Of a stretch of DNA of 64,000 bases, positions 1 to 9,561 are shown piece by piece. The stretch comes from Anaerolineae bacterium (GTDB lineage Bacteria > Chloroflexota > Anaerolineae > UBA2200). The stretch lies in the NCBI GenBank assembly GCA_041549915.1, contig JBFEPU010000001.1, positions 1,138 to 65,137 on the forward strand, given 5' to 3'. A program made the translations under genes and the position numbers. Under the pieces are notes generated by a model. That model saw only the letters and a program-made list of their open reading frames with translations, was not told the origin of the DNA and did no database searches. Each line of letters starts with the position of its first letter. The stretch's first letter is position 1.

Positions 1-290
1 AGGGAACACAGCGTATGGCGCGCCGGGCACCAGCCCACCGACCACACAACCGATAAGCACCCCCCTGACACCCGCTTGAGCACCCAGCCAGCGGGAAATG
101 AGTTCCCTGGGCACGAGCACCTGGACCAGGCCGGCTATCAGAAAGCTCAGCAGCAATATCAGGACATTCTTCCACAGCGCGCGTCCCGCAGCCAACAGTC
201 CAGCCATCGGCAGGTCACGCCCTCGCACGAAAGCGATTGCCAGAAGCACCGTGGCCACGGCAGCCAGGATCAGCGTTGTAGCATCCATTG
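1..290 (-). CDS. Predicted permease, N-terminal fragment; gene starts at 290 and runs off the window edge (DUF318/YraQ-like membrane protein)
   Basis: Reverse-complement of 1..290 translates without stops from an ATG at 288-290: MDATTLILAAVATVLLAIAF...LILLLSFLIAGLVQVLVP...GCVVGGLVPGAPYAVFP. Strongly hydrophobic, TM-helix-like. Absent from the ORF track only because it has no stop inside the window. Family assignment is from memory only. Confidence 0.45.
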
Positions 291-773
291 ACCTGCTCCT
301 CTTCTCGTGTCGGTCCAAGCTGCTCCCTCACATATCCACGTCTACGGCTCCCCGTCGTAGCGCCCTTCGGGTTGCAGGAGGCCGATTCGCCTGGGCTTGC
401 AGACCAATCCCCCTGGATGAACCGAGTCCTATTCGTTTGCGCTGTGGTACTTTGCGACTTGCTCGGATGACCGCCCGGTCACGGATCAGCCAACAGGCCC
501 CTGTGGCATGCCCAGAAAGAGCATTCTGCAACAGCGCTTGCAGTGCGCCAACCCCCGGGGCCCATGCCAATGAAAGAGCCCGTCCACCGACCTGCAGCCC
601 CGCGCAACCCAAGGGGGCTGCGTGGCAGCCTCGCCTGTCGGCGAGACGCTGCACAGCGGACGGGCTTTGATGTTTGCTGTGTTGGCCACCTGCCCCCGCC
701 CAGGGGGATGCGCCGTACCTGGACTTGGAGTCGGAGGGTCCGTCATTCTCGTGACGTTACCTGTGGCACAAGG

Positions 774-846
774 CGCGCCTGGAGGGATTCGAACCCCCGA
801 CCATCAGATTCGAAGTCTGCCGCTCTATCCGCTGAGCTACAGGCGC
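774..846 (-). tRNA. tRNA-Arg (anticodon TCG)
   Basis: Reverse complement reads GCGCCTGTAGCTCAGCGGATAGAGCGGCAGACTTCGAATCTGATGGTCGGGGGTTCGAATCCCTCCAGGCGCG. 7-bp acceptor stem GCGCCTG/CAGGCGC, D-arm GCTC/GAGC, anticodon loop CTTCGAA (anticodon TCG), T-arm GGGGG-TTCGAAT-CCCTC, discriminator G. CCA is not encoded. Confidence 0.85.
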
Positions 847-1002
847 ACGCCTACACCGCAGATTATAGCGCAGGGCTACTGGCTGGGCAAACAGATGCGC
901 ACGGTGGCCACCTTCTTGGATGTGGAGACTGCGCACAGAACGTTGCCACATCTTTCTAGACTGCCGCCCTGATCGTCGCCAGCTTCGGGGAAGGTCACTG
1001 TT

Positions 1003-2196
1003 TCACCTCCACACGATGCCGCAGATCGACACGAAAGACGTCCCCCGTTCGTCGGCGGGACAACGCTCGTAGGCGACCTGTGCGCCCTCCACAGGCTGCA
1101 GCAGACTCAGCGCCAGGTAGATCGGCGGGAGGCCACACACGTTGCGCCGATCACCATCGCGCTGGATGGCGTCAAAGAATCCCTGCGCGTCGCCCGCGCA
1201 GATCCGCTCGATCAGCTCCTGGTCAGCCGCCTGCAGACGAGCGCGCTCCACGAGGCCCACTGTCTGTCCACCAAAGGCCGGACCGACGTGTGACAGATCA
1301 GCCGCTGCCACAACCACTACTGAGCGGCCAGCCACGGCCTGTCGAAGGGCATCCAGACAGGCGTTGAGCGCTGGGGCCTGCAGTGGATCCTCTTCACCGC
1401 GCACAAACCTCTCGAAGGAACCGCACAGCATCGGGACCAACTCGCACGGCTGTTCCTCGCGGATGTAGTGCAGCCAGATGGCAGCCAGCTCAATCGAGTG
1501 CTCACCACGGTGGTGCAGCTCGCCAGCAAAGGCCGCTTCGGGCCCAATCGCCTGCGCCACAGCATCCACGATTGGCTGCGCCGTGGGCAGGACGCCAAAC
1601 GGTGTGGCATAGTGCTGCCGAGTCAACGTCAACAGGTTCGCTTCACTGTAGTGATCGGTGCCCAGCACCACGACCAGTTCGGCCGCCTGTGCCATCTCCG
1701 CTGCGCGTTGCCATACACGGCCATACACGGCCCCGCCGCGAGCAAAGTCAATGTGCGGGCTGATCAGGCCGCGGCCCGCGGCGAAATCGGAGCCCACATC
1801 ACCTGCAGCGTCGAGCGAAGCCTGCAACAACTGCCGCAGCTCATCCCGGTCGGTTGGGTACGATTGTCCGCCGTTGGCCAGCGGTCGGAAAGGCGCCTGC
1901 CGGTATTCTGCCAGGGCCTGCTCCTTGGCCTGCGAAAAACGCTCGTTGTCCAGCAGCAGCGCATCATCGAGGTTATCGAGCAGTTGCTCGACTGTGCTCG
2001 CTGCCACGCTCATGCCGAAGCGAACAGCCAGCGAGGCAGAGAGAGCGGAAGCGTCCCGCGTGCCATCGCACAGTGCCAGCAGCGGGGCCAGTTGCTGGGG
2101 AATGACAATCGTCTTGTCGGTCAGGCGCAGCGGATCCCGCAGCAGGATCGCCGGCCGACCCCCGTGGACCACCGGGCGGGCATCCACGGCGCGCAA
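1003..2196 (-). CDS. MEMO1-family protein (AmmeMemoRadiSam system protein B-like) with an extra ~100-aa N-terminal region
   Basis: 397-aa ORF. Contains the Memo-like motifs SPHIDFARGG, GTDHYSE and DLSHVGPAFG; overall MEMO1 fold length follows a novel N-terminal extension. Confidence 0.7.
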   Translation of the reverse strand: MRAVDARPVVHGGRPAILLRDPLRLTDKTIVIPQQLAPLLALCDGTRDASALSASLAVRFGMSVAASTVEQLLDNLDDALLLDNERFSQAKEQALAEYRQAPFRPLANGGQSYPTDRDELRQLLQASLDAAGDVGSDFAAGRGLISPHIDFARGGAVYGRVWQRAAEMAQAAELVVVLGTDHYSEANLLTLTRQHYATPFGVLPTAQPIVDAVAQAIGPEAAFAGELHHRGEHSIELAAIWLHYIREEQPCELVPMLCGSFERFVRGEEDPLQAPALNACLDALRQAVAGRSVVVVAAADLSHVGPAFGGQTVGLVERARLQAADQELIERICAGDAQGFFDAIQRDGDRRNVCGLPPIYLALSLLQPVEGAQVAYERCPADERGTSFVSICGIVWR

Positions 2197-2225
2197 CTGG
2201 GGACGGCTGTTCCTCGCGATGGTCT

Positions 2226-4403
2226 TTACCCTCCGGACAGCGTCATATATGCTTCCACCACCTGCCGGAACAGCGGCGCGGCATTGCGTCCCCCTTCACC
2301 GCCATGCTCAAGCACGACAGCCACGGCAATCTGCGGGGCGTCCGCCGGAGCATAGCCCACAAACCAGGCATGGGGTTCGTGGGGCGGGGCTTCTGCCGTG
2401 CCGGACTTGCCGGCCATGCGCACCGCTGCGCCGATGAAAGCACGAGATGCCGTACCGTACGATACCACGCCCTCCATAGCCCGACGAACGACATCCAGGT
2501 TGGCAGCTGAGACGGGCAGCTGGCCTAGAACCTGCGGACCATACTCCTGCGTACTGCCGTACATTGGTGAGTGAACACGCCGCACCAATCGCGGTGCGTA
2601 CAGCGTGCCGCCGTTGGCAACTGCCGCCACCAGATTAGCCATTTGCAGTGGTGTGACCAGCACGTCACCCTGCCCGATGGCCATATTCACCGCATCACGT
2701 GGCAGCCATTCCTGCTCTGCCCCAGAATAGTGTTGCGACTTCCAGGTAGGGTCCGGTATGAGACCAGTTGCCTCATCCAACGCATTCAACTGGCTCGGCG
2801 CACCGAGACCAAAGCTGCGGGCATACCGCGACAGGGCGTGGGAATCCCTCTGGTTCAACGCCTTGCCAATCTCCCAGAACACCGTGTCACAGGACTGCAC
2901 CAAGCCGTTCAATAGATCGAGCGTGCCATGGCCACTGCGCACCCAGCAATAGCGCGTGGCACCATCGGCCAGACCGTCCCAGCGCCCAGCGCAGTAGTAG
3001 CTGTTGTACTGGGTCAGCCCCAGCTCCTCCATGCCAGCGGCCATGGTCACAATCTTGAAAGCAGACCCTGGCGGGTACATCCCCGCAGTCGCCCGATTCA
3101 GAAACGGGCGCCGGGCATCATTCAGCAGCGCCTGCCACTGTGCTTCGGTAGCACCAGCGGTCAGCACGGAGGGATCGAATCGAGGATAGCTAACCAGGGC
3201 TAGCACCTCTCCGCTGTGCACGTCCAACACCACGATGGCACCCACACGCTCGGCCAGGATGCTTTCTGCTGAGCGCTGCAGATCTACATCCAGCGTGGTA
3301 TGGATGCTGTGTGCCGGCTCAGCGAGTCTCTCAGCCAGCGTCCAGACGATGCGCCCCTCTGGACTGATAATCGCCAGCGTCCCGCCCCGCTTGCCAGCCA
3401 GGTACTCCTCACCCCAGCCCTCCAGACCGGACACGCCCACGCGGTCACCGGGCTGGTATCCCTCTGTTTCCAGACGTGCCAGCGTCTCGGCATCGATTTC
3501 GGCCATGTACCCGACCACCTGTGCAGCAAGAGCGCCATGTGGATAGGTGCGCACCGGCGTCTCCCGCCAAGTGATCCCCGGCACTGAGGACAGCAACTCC
3601 TCTTTGGCCTGTGCTACCTCGGGACTTAGGCTCCCAATGGGCATGAACCAGTCGGGGCGGGCAGCCTGGGCGTATAGTGCTTTCACCGTCTCTTGCGGCA
3701 AGCCGAACAGTGCACTCAACACCTGGAGCAACTGCGCCTCGTCCTCGATCTGTCCTGGCACTACCCCCACTTCGATGATGTGCCCCTCTGTGGCAAGGGG
3801 CCTGTCCTTGCGATCGTAGATATTGCCCCGTGACGGCACACGGATGAACATGTGAACCAGGTTGTCACGGAGCAACAAGGGGAAGATGGCTTTGGGCGCC
3901 CAGTCGACAGCCCAGCTCTGCTGGTTGTGGGACAGATCCAGCCCATTCTCGACCTGGAACTGGCCTGCGAGGTGAGTATCCACCGTCAAGGTGAAAGTGA
4001 CCTGTGCAGTGGTGGTTACAGCCCGCTGAGCGCTGACGATGCTGGCAGTCAAACCGGTAATGGTCGCCTCTTCAGCTATGGCCTGATAGCGCGCTGTAAA
4101 CCTCTCGGCCGGAATAAGCTGCTGGGCAGAGGGCGAAAGCAGAGTGTACATCCGATCGTAGGCACCGTCCTGCCAAGCACGCAAGAATTCGCGTGCCACC
4201 GCCTCAGCCCCTGCAAGCGATGGCGTGGGCGGCGGTGGGGTCGGCGACGGGACAGTTGTAGGTTGTGGCTGCCCGCGGCACGCGAAAAGCGTCGCCAGCG
4301 CCAGCAGGAACACAACCGACAACAGCCAGCGGCGGCGCACAATGCAGGGTTTCTTCGCTACCAGGAATGGCCAGTTCAACATGGCGTGTCCATTATACTT
4401 CAC
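2226..4403 (-). CDS. Class B penicillin-binding protein (peptidoglycan D,D-transpeptidase) with an NTF2-like N-terminal domain (MecA_N-like); probable lipoprotein
   Basis: 725 aa. SXXK = SAFK, SxN-like SGHG, K(S/T)G = KSGTAE. N-terminal signal with LFAC lipobox-like cysteine, a Pro/Thr-rich linker, then an NTF2-like domain as in PBP2a-type PBPs. The true start may be the internal Met (MLNWPF, about 4382). Confidence 0.8.
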   Translation of the reverse strand: MKYNGHAMLNWPFLVAKKPCIVRRRWLLSVVFLLALATLFACRGQPQPTTVPSPTPPPPTPSLAGAEAVAREFLRAWQDGAYDRMYTLLSPSAQQLIPAERFTARYQAIAEEATITGLTASIVSAQRAVTTTAQVTFTLTVDTHLAGQFQVENGLDLSHNQQSWAVDWAPKAIFPLLLRDNLVHMFIRVPSRGNIYDRKDRPLATEGHIIEVGVVPGQIEDEAQLLQVLSALFGLPQETVKALYAQAARPDWFMPIGSLSPEVAQAKEELLSSVPGITWRETPVRTYPHGALAAQVVGYMAEIDAETLARLETEGYQPGDRVGVSGLEGWGEEYLAGKRGGTLAIISPEGRIVWTLAERLAEPAHSIHTTLDVDLQRSAESILAERVGAIVVLDVHSGEVLALVSYPRFDPSVLTAGATEAQWQALLNDARRPFLNRATAGMYPPGSAFKIVTMAAGMEELGLTQYNSYYCAGRWDGLADGATRYCWVRSGHGTLDLLNGLVQSCDTVFWEIGKALNQRDSHALSRYARSFGLGAPSQLNALDEATGLIPDPTWKSQHYSGAEQEWLPRDAVNMAIGQGDVLVTPLQMANLVAAVANGGTLYAPRLVRRVHSPMYGSTQEYGPQVLGQLPVSAANLDVVRRAMEGVVSYGTASRAFIGAAVRMAGKSGTAEAPPHEPHAWFVGYAPADAPQIAVAVVLEHGGEGGRNAAPLFRQVVEAYMTLSGG

Positions 4404-4442
4404 GCTGCCGCATTCGGGAAGAGACAGCTGAGGCCGTGGTTT

Positions 4443-5615
4443 CTACCTTTGCACAAGCTGAGCCTCCGCAGCCTCAAGGACCGCATCAACCGTGATGTCG
4501 CGCACACACGGGTGGCTTGCTAGCTCTGTTGGGGGGTAGTCCAGCCGATCGCAGGGGATGCACTCCCAGTCGGAAGTAAGGACGCGGTGCTTTTGTGGAT
4601 CTCCCCATGGCCCGAACTTGGCGGCATCCACCGGGCCGTAAAGGTGCACAGTGGGCGTCCCAGTGGCCACCGCGAGGTGCAGTGGGCCACAGTCCGGACC
4701 AACGACCAGACGGCAGCGTTGAAAGAGTGCAGCAAGCTGTCCGAGGGTGGTGCCGCTGGCAGCAACGATGGCTTCGGAATGCATTCGCGCGTAGACCGAC
4801 CATGCCAGATCGAGTTCGTCGCCGCTGCCGGTGAGGACGACCTGAACCGGCCAGCGCCCGATGAGGGCATCCGCGAGCTCGGCCCAGGCTTCCGGGCGCC
4901 ACAGTTTGACAGGTGATCCTGCACCTGGGTGGATGGCGATGATGTCGTGCGCCGCCGTCAACCCACGCTCCGCCAGGTAGCTGGTAACATACTCCTGGTC
5001 TTGTTCGGTGACTTTGAACTCCAGGGGCTGCGGCCCTTCGGGCACGAGCTGACCAGTCTCCCGCAGCAGCTGTTCGATCAGTGCCAGGTTCTGCTGCACC
5101 TCGTGGCGCCGGCTGACATAGGGCACCGCCTGGGTGAGGAAGGGCTCACACTCAGGGATCGCAAAGCCTACGCGTCGCGGGATTGCTGCCAGGTATGCCA
5201 AGAGCGCTCCCCACCAGTGATCGAAGCGCAGCACCACTGCGGCATCAAAGCGCAAGGCTCGCAGCCGCCCAACCCACTGCCACAGCGTGCCATAGGGTGC
5301 CAGGAGTGACCCCTTGGGCTGGCGCGTGAAGCCGGGGAACTCACAGGTTATGATCTCGTCCAGGCCAGGGTTGCCCCGCACCACTGAACGCCCCCACGGC
5401 CCGATCATGCACGTCAAGTGCCCGTCAGGAAAGGCGTTTCGCAGCAACCGAAACGCTGGTGTGGCAAAAAGCAGATCACCAATGTGATCTGGGCGGATCA
5501 ACAGAATGCGAGGCGCTTCAGACAGCGGACTGACCCTGCGCAGACGCAACGGCGAACTCAGCGCAGCGAAAGCGCGCAGCAGAATGAGGCGCAGACGCTG
5601 GCGCCTAGCGCTCAT
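4443..5615 (-). CDS. GT9-family glycosyltransferase (ADP-heptose:LPS heptosyltransferase-like)
   Basis: RILLIRPDHIGDLLFATPAFRLL and GPDCGPLHLAVATGTPTVHLYGP are typical of RfaF/RfaC-type GT9. The first 32 aa of the track ORF are Arg-rich junk that overlaps the upstream gene, so I placed the start at the internal Met (MSARRQRL..., 5615). Confidence 0.65.
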   Translation of the reverse strand: MSARRQRLRLILLRAFAALSSPLRLRRVSPLSEAPRILLIRPDHIGDLLFATPAFRLLRNAFPDGHLTCMIGPWGRSVVRGNPGLDEIITCEFPGFTRQPKGSLLAPYGTLWQWVGRLRALRFDAAVVLRFDHWWGALLAYLAAIPRRVGFAIPECEPFLTQAVPYVSRRHEVQQNLALIEQLLRETGQLVPEGPQPLEFKVTEQDQEYVTSYLAERGLTAAHDIIAIHPGAGSPVKLWRPEAWAELADALIGRWPVQVVLTGSGDELDLAWSVYARMHSEAIVAASGTTLGQLAALFQRCRLVVGPDCGPLHLAVATGTPTVHLYGPVDAAKFGPWGDPQKHRVLTSDWECIPCDRLDYPPTELASHPCVRDITVDAVLEAAEAQLVQR

Positions 5616-6825
5616 ACGCCTGCTCCAGGGAACGGGTGACCATCGGCCAGCCGAAATGGCGCTCAACAAAAGCCCGCGCGGCACGTCCCAGTTGCTCGCG
5701 CTGCGCGTCATCTTTCAGCAGGGCAAGCACCTGCGCAGCAAAGTCATCCGCCCGATCAGCCAGGGCGACATCACGTCCCGGCGTCGCATGGATACCTTCG
5801 CAACCCAGCGTGGTGGAAAGGAGCGCCTTGCCCATGGCCATGGCTTCGAGGACCTTCAGACGAGTGCCCCCGCCGGTCAGCAACGGCACGACGTAGACTG
5901 CGGCGGCAGCGATGTAAGGCCGGGGGTCGTCGACAAAGCCGGTTACCGTCACACCCGGCATGTTTGCCAGTGGCATCAGGCGCGGATGAGGATCCCTGCC
6001 AACGATGTAAAAGTGCGCGCCGGGCCATGCCTCCTGCACAGCGGGCAACACTTTCGAACAGAACCACAGGACAGCGTCAACATTGGGCCGAAAATCCATC
6101 TTACCGGTGAATACCAGTGCCTCAGCTCCCAGCGGGGCAGGGGACACGATGCCAGGCTGGTAGTATTGCGTGTCCACACCGTTGGGCACAACGATGGGTT
6201 TCAGAGCAGGGACCAACCGGGCGAGCGCATCCGCATCTGCACGCGAACAAGCGATTACCCGCTCCGCCCGATGGCAGACCGCTGCCTCGTAGCGGCGCAG
6301 CTTTCGCCACTGGATCAATGAGTAGAACGCACCCAGCCACCGCCGCGGCTGTCGCGAATCCGACTCAAGAATGCGTTGCTGAAGCAGGTACTCGGCATTG
6401 TGCGCATCGTACACCAGCAGCGGCGCATCGTCCGCTGCAAGCTGCTTGGCCCTCAAGCCGTATTGCGCCATTTCCAGCCCCTCCACCTCTACCACATCTG
6501 GACGCGCTGCGTTCAGCACTGATTCCAGTTTCTTGTCAAACAGGGTAGAGGAAAGCCGGTGGTGCATGTCTGGGTCGGGCGAGGCCAAGGTCGTCCACAA
6601 GCGACGTAACTTGCCTCGACTGGGCATAGACACGGTGTCCAGGCTGGCGCACAGTCCTTGCAGAGGTCCCAGGTCGCTTCCCTGACGGTGAGCAGCCGTG
6701 AAAGACAGCAGGTGTACCTCATGCCGTCTGGCCACCTGCGCAATGAGGTTCAAGTTGCGGATGGCAGTGCCCTGTTGTGGGGGGTATGGCAACTGCGGTG
6801 TGAGGAAGAGGATTCGTTTGCCCAT
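5605..6825 (-). CDS. GT4-family glycosyltransferase (group 1)
   Basis: C-terminal GT1 motif GGTRLKVLEAMAMGKALLSTTLGCEGI. Start moved to the internal ATG at 6825 (MGKRILFLTPQLPYP), which is preceded by SD GGAGTAAGC. Confidence 0.75.
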   Translation of the reverse strand: MGKRILFLTPQLPYPPQQGTAIRNLNLIAQVARRHEVHLLSFTAAHRQGSDLGPLQGLCASLDTVSMPSRGKLRRLWTTLASPDPDMHHRLSSTLFDKKLESVLNAARPDVVEVEGLEMAQYGLRAKQLAADDAPLLVYDAHNAEYLLQQRILESDSRQPRRWLGAFYSLIQWRKLRRYEAAVCHRAERVIACSRADADALARLVPALKPIVVPNGVDTQYYQPGIVSPAPLGAEALVFTGKMDFRPNVDAVLWFCSKVLPAVQEAWPGAHFYIVGRDPHPRLMPLANMPGVTVTGFVDDPRPYIAAAAVYVVPLLTGGGTRLKVLEAMAMGKALLSTTLGCEGIHATPGRDVALADRADDFAAQVLALLKDDAQREQLGRAARAFVERHFGWPMVTRSLEQAYER

Positions 6826-6921
6826 GCTTACTCCTTCGTATGCCCGGCGCTGAGCTCCCTTGCTCGGATCGTCGCTGGCGGACGAAACACCTGCTCTCGC
6901 AAGCAACACATCGCCCTGCGG

Positions 6922-8025
6922 CTACGCTCCAAGGCGGTGATATATGTCCAGTGTCTCCAGCGCAGCCTTTTTCCAGGAGAAGCGACGCGCCCGCCTGAAC
7001 CCCTTCTCTCTCATCTGCTTGCGCAATGCTTCATCAGAAAGCAACCGCCAGATAGCTACTGCCATGCCGTCCACATCGGATGGGTCCACCAGCAGGGCAG
7101 CGTCTCCAACCACCTCTGGCAAAGATGAGGTGTTGGACACCACCACTGGGGTGCCACAGGCCATCGCTTCCAGCGGCGGCAGGCCGAAGCCTTCATAGAA
7201 TGCCGGATGAACGAGCAGCTGTGCAGCGTTGTACAGTCCCAGCAGCTCCTCCGGTGAAACACGCCCCAAAAAGTGTACCCGCTCGCCAAGATCAAGCTTC
7301 CCGACCAGCGCGAACACCTCCTCGAACAGCCACCCCTCTTCCCCAGCCAGCGCCAAGTCCACCTCGGCATGGTAGTCATCCAGCAGCTTCTTGTACGACA
7401 TCAACAGAGTAGGCACGTTCTTCCGTGGTTCAATGGTGCTCACGAAAAGGATATAGTCCCTGCGAAGGCCCATCCGCTCCATGACCTGCTGAGGCAAGGG
7501 ATCATCCAAGGGCCGGTAAATCGGATGCGCCGCCTCATGGACGACTGTTATCTTGTTCTCCGGCGCCCCGGTCAGACGGACGATGTCATGCTTTGTGCTT
7601 TCCGACACGGCAATGATGTGGTCACAGTTGCGCACTGCCTGATCGATCTGACCGTAGTAGCTGGCGCTCTGGGGAGTCAGGAAGTGCGGGTACAGCAGGA
7701 AATTGAGATCATGAATGGTGATCACTGACCTGCAATTGCGTCGGAACGGGGGGATAAAGTCAGGACTGTGCAGTACGTCAAGATCCGCCGTCGCTAGCTC
7801 CAGGGGCAGCAGGAGTTGCTCGAGCCGGTGGTGAGGGGGAGTCCATAGCGCACGCTTCTGGAAATTGGGTCGCTCGACCAACCTGGACCCATCCCTGCGG
7901 CTCTGAAAGACAACGAACTCGTCATCCTGCGCAAGATTGGCAAGTTCATGCAGCAGACGAAGAGTGTATTGGCTGATGCCAGCCTGCCTGTAGTAGACGA
8001 GTCGGGCGTCTATTCCAATGCGCAC
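6922..8025 (-). CDS. GT4-family glycosyltransferase (group 1)
   Basis: [35 protein letters not shown] motif. The track ORF begins with TTG at 8091. A more plausible start is GTG at 8025, giving the canonical (M)[9 protein letters not shown] GT4 N-terminus. Confidence 0.75.
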   Translation of the reverse strand: [367 protein letters not shown]

Positions 8026-8136
8026 AGAATGCGCTCTCCTCCTTCGTTCAACAACAAACCCCCCACTTCTGCATCGAGAAATGGGGGGCAACGATGACCC
8101 ACTGTGTTGTTATCCTACCACGTTATCCTGCTGCGG

Positions 8137-8658
8137 TCAAAATGGGCTGAGTGGCCAAGTCGATCCTTCCAGTTCGAGCAGGCGTCGCTTCATGTCAAGG
8201 CCACCGCCAAAACCAGTCAGCCGCCCGTCCTGCCCGACGACGCGATGGCAGGGCACGACAACGGGAAAAGGATTGGAGGCCATCACCTGGCCGACCGCTC
8301 GGTCGCCTCTCGGCGAGCCAGCCTGAACAGCTACCCAGCCGTAGGAGGCCACCAGCCCACGGGGAATAGATCGCACTATGTCCCAGACTCGCGTCTGGAA
8401 CCTTGTGGCGCCTGACACGTCCAGGGTCACGTCTTCAAAGCGGACGTCCTCGCCACTGAAGTAGCGAAGCAGCTTTTGTTGCATGCTGGCAAGGATCGAG
8501 CTGCTGCCTTCCTCCGCAGTTGGGCAGCGCTGCAGCAAGGGGTCCAGCGCCTGCTGGCGCGAGCTAGCCGGCAGCGTGGTCCCGAGCAGCCCTGCCTCAG
8601 AGGCGGCAACGCCCATCCAGCCCCAGGCCGTGCGACAGGCGACGATCATGACGTTCAT
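8137..8658 (-). CDS. ogt: Methylated-DNA--protein-cysteine methyltransferase
   Basis: Active-site PCHRVV motif plus the N-terminal Ogt domain. Start chosen at the ATG at 8658 (MNVMIVAC), preceded by GGAGGT-4nt. Confidence 0.8.
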   Translation of the reverse strand: MNVMIVACRTAWGWMGVAASEAGLLGTTLPASSRQQALDPLLQRCPTAEEGSSSILASMQQKLLRYFSGEDVRFEDVTLDVSGATRFQTRVWDIVRSIPRGLVASYGWVAVQAGSPRGDRAVGQVMASNPFPVVVPCHRVVGQDGRLTGFGGGLDMKRRLLELEGSTWPLSPF

Positions 8659-8789
8659 GGGGACCTCCACCACCATTATAGGTTGCCGCATCCAATTGTC
8701 AAGAGACCGCCGAAATGATCCGGGAGAATATGGCCAAGACCATCATGTCTGATAGAGGCGAGGCCTTTTGAGCGCCCAGCGGCTGGCGG

Positions 8790-8795
8790 TATAAT
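8790..8795 (+). promoter_or_regulatory. TATAAT -10 element ending ~7 nt before the ATG at 8805 (apparently leaderless transcript)
   Basis: GGCGGTATAATTGCGATGATATGCAG: a perfect TATAAT, then 9 nt, then ATG. No SD is possible in that space. Confidence 0.4.
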
Positions 8796-8804
8796 TGCGA
8801 TGAT

Positions 8805-9539
8805 ATGCAGGCTGGTGAGATCGAACTCGAACTGCAGGTTGGAGTAGCCAAGGCTGGCAAATACGCCACCAGGGAAAGCGGGGACAGCCTGGAGATGATC
8901 GAGCGTCCAAATGGCGGGCTGTCACTGGTTCTGGTCGACGGGCAGCGCAGCGGCAGCGCTGCCAAGCGCATCAGCAACCTGGTGGCGCGCAAAGCGGTGT
9001 CCCTTCTCGCTGAGGGCGTTCGCGACGGTGCAGCGGCTCGAGCCGCCCATGACTACCTGCGGACATACCGCCAGGGCAAGGTGTCCGCTGAACTGCACAT
9101 CGTTTCGCTCGACCTGGTGACACGGACCATCGTCATCTCGCGCAACAGCCATTGCCCCGTGCTTGTCTTTCATGCGGACAGCCTGCAGAGACTCGATGCA
9201 CCGAGCCAGGCCATTGGCATCCACGCCAGCACCAAGCCAGTGATCACCGAGCTCCAGGTGGCCGCCAATACCTGGGTAGTCGCCTTCACCGACGGCGTGT
9301 TGGACGCCGGACATCGGCTCGGATCGTCATTCGATGTTGCAGATTTGGTCGCTTCCTTCATACAGAACGCCAAGGGGGATGCCCCTGCTCTGGCCGACGC
9401 GATACTGTCCCGTGCTTTGGAGCTGGATCAGGGGCGACCGCAAGACGATATGAGCGTGCTGGCGCTGGCGCTGCTGCCTGATGATAACATTGGCAGCACA
9501 CGCCGCATGACAGTCCGCTTTCCCGTACCGCCCTTCTAG
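8805..9539 (+). CDS. Standalone PP2C/SpoIIE-like (PPM-family) Ser/Thr phosphatase domain protein
   Basis: 244 aa. Motifs LVLVDGQRSGSAA and AFTDGVLDAGH fit the SpoIIE/PP2C fold. There is no sensor domain. Confidence 0.6.
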   Translation: MQAGEIELELQVGVAKAGKYATRESGDSLEMIERPNGGLSLVLVDGQRSGSAAKRISNLVARKAVSLLAEGVRDGAAARAAHDYLRTYRQGKVSAELHIVSLDLVTRTIVISRNSHCPVLVFHADSLQRLDAPSQAIGIHASTKPVITELQVAANTWVVAFTDGVLDAGHRLGSSFDVADLVASFIQNAKGDAPALADAILSRALELDQGRPQDDMSVLALALLPDDNIGSTRRMTVRFPVPPF

Positions 9540-9561
9540 GGACGCCACCAGGTGGAGGCCA

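Noticed and set aside
98-670. 190-aa ORF plus overlapping ORFs in the first 1 kb
   Set aside because: Arg/Ser/Ala/Pro-rich low-complexity translations typical of out-of-frame reading in high-GC DNA. The real gene here is the minus-strand permease fragment and the tRNA.
1711-1735. Tandem 10-nt duplication CATACACGGC x2 inside the MEMO-family gene
   Set aside because: The reading frame through it is intact (encodes GAVYGRVW) and conserved motifs lie in the same frame on both sides. I take it as a trivial local repeat rather than a frameshift or mobile element.
1468-2437. 295-aa and 259-aa plus-strand ORFs
   Set aside because: They are antisense to the MEMO-family and PBP genes, with biased Arg/Ser/Ala composition and no recognisable domains. 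They are shadow ORFs.
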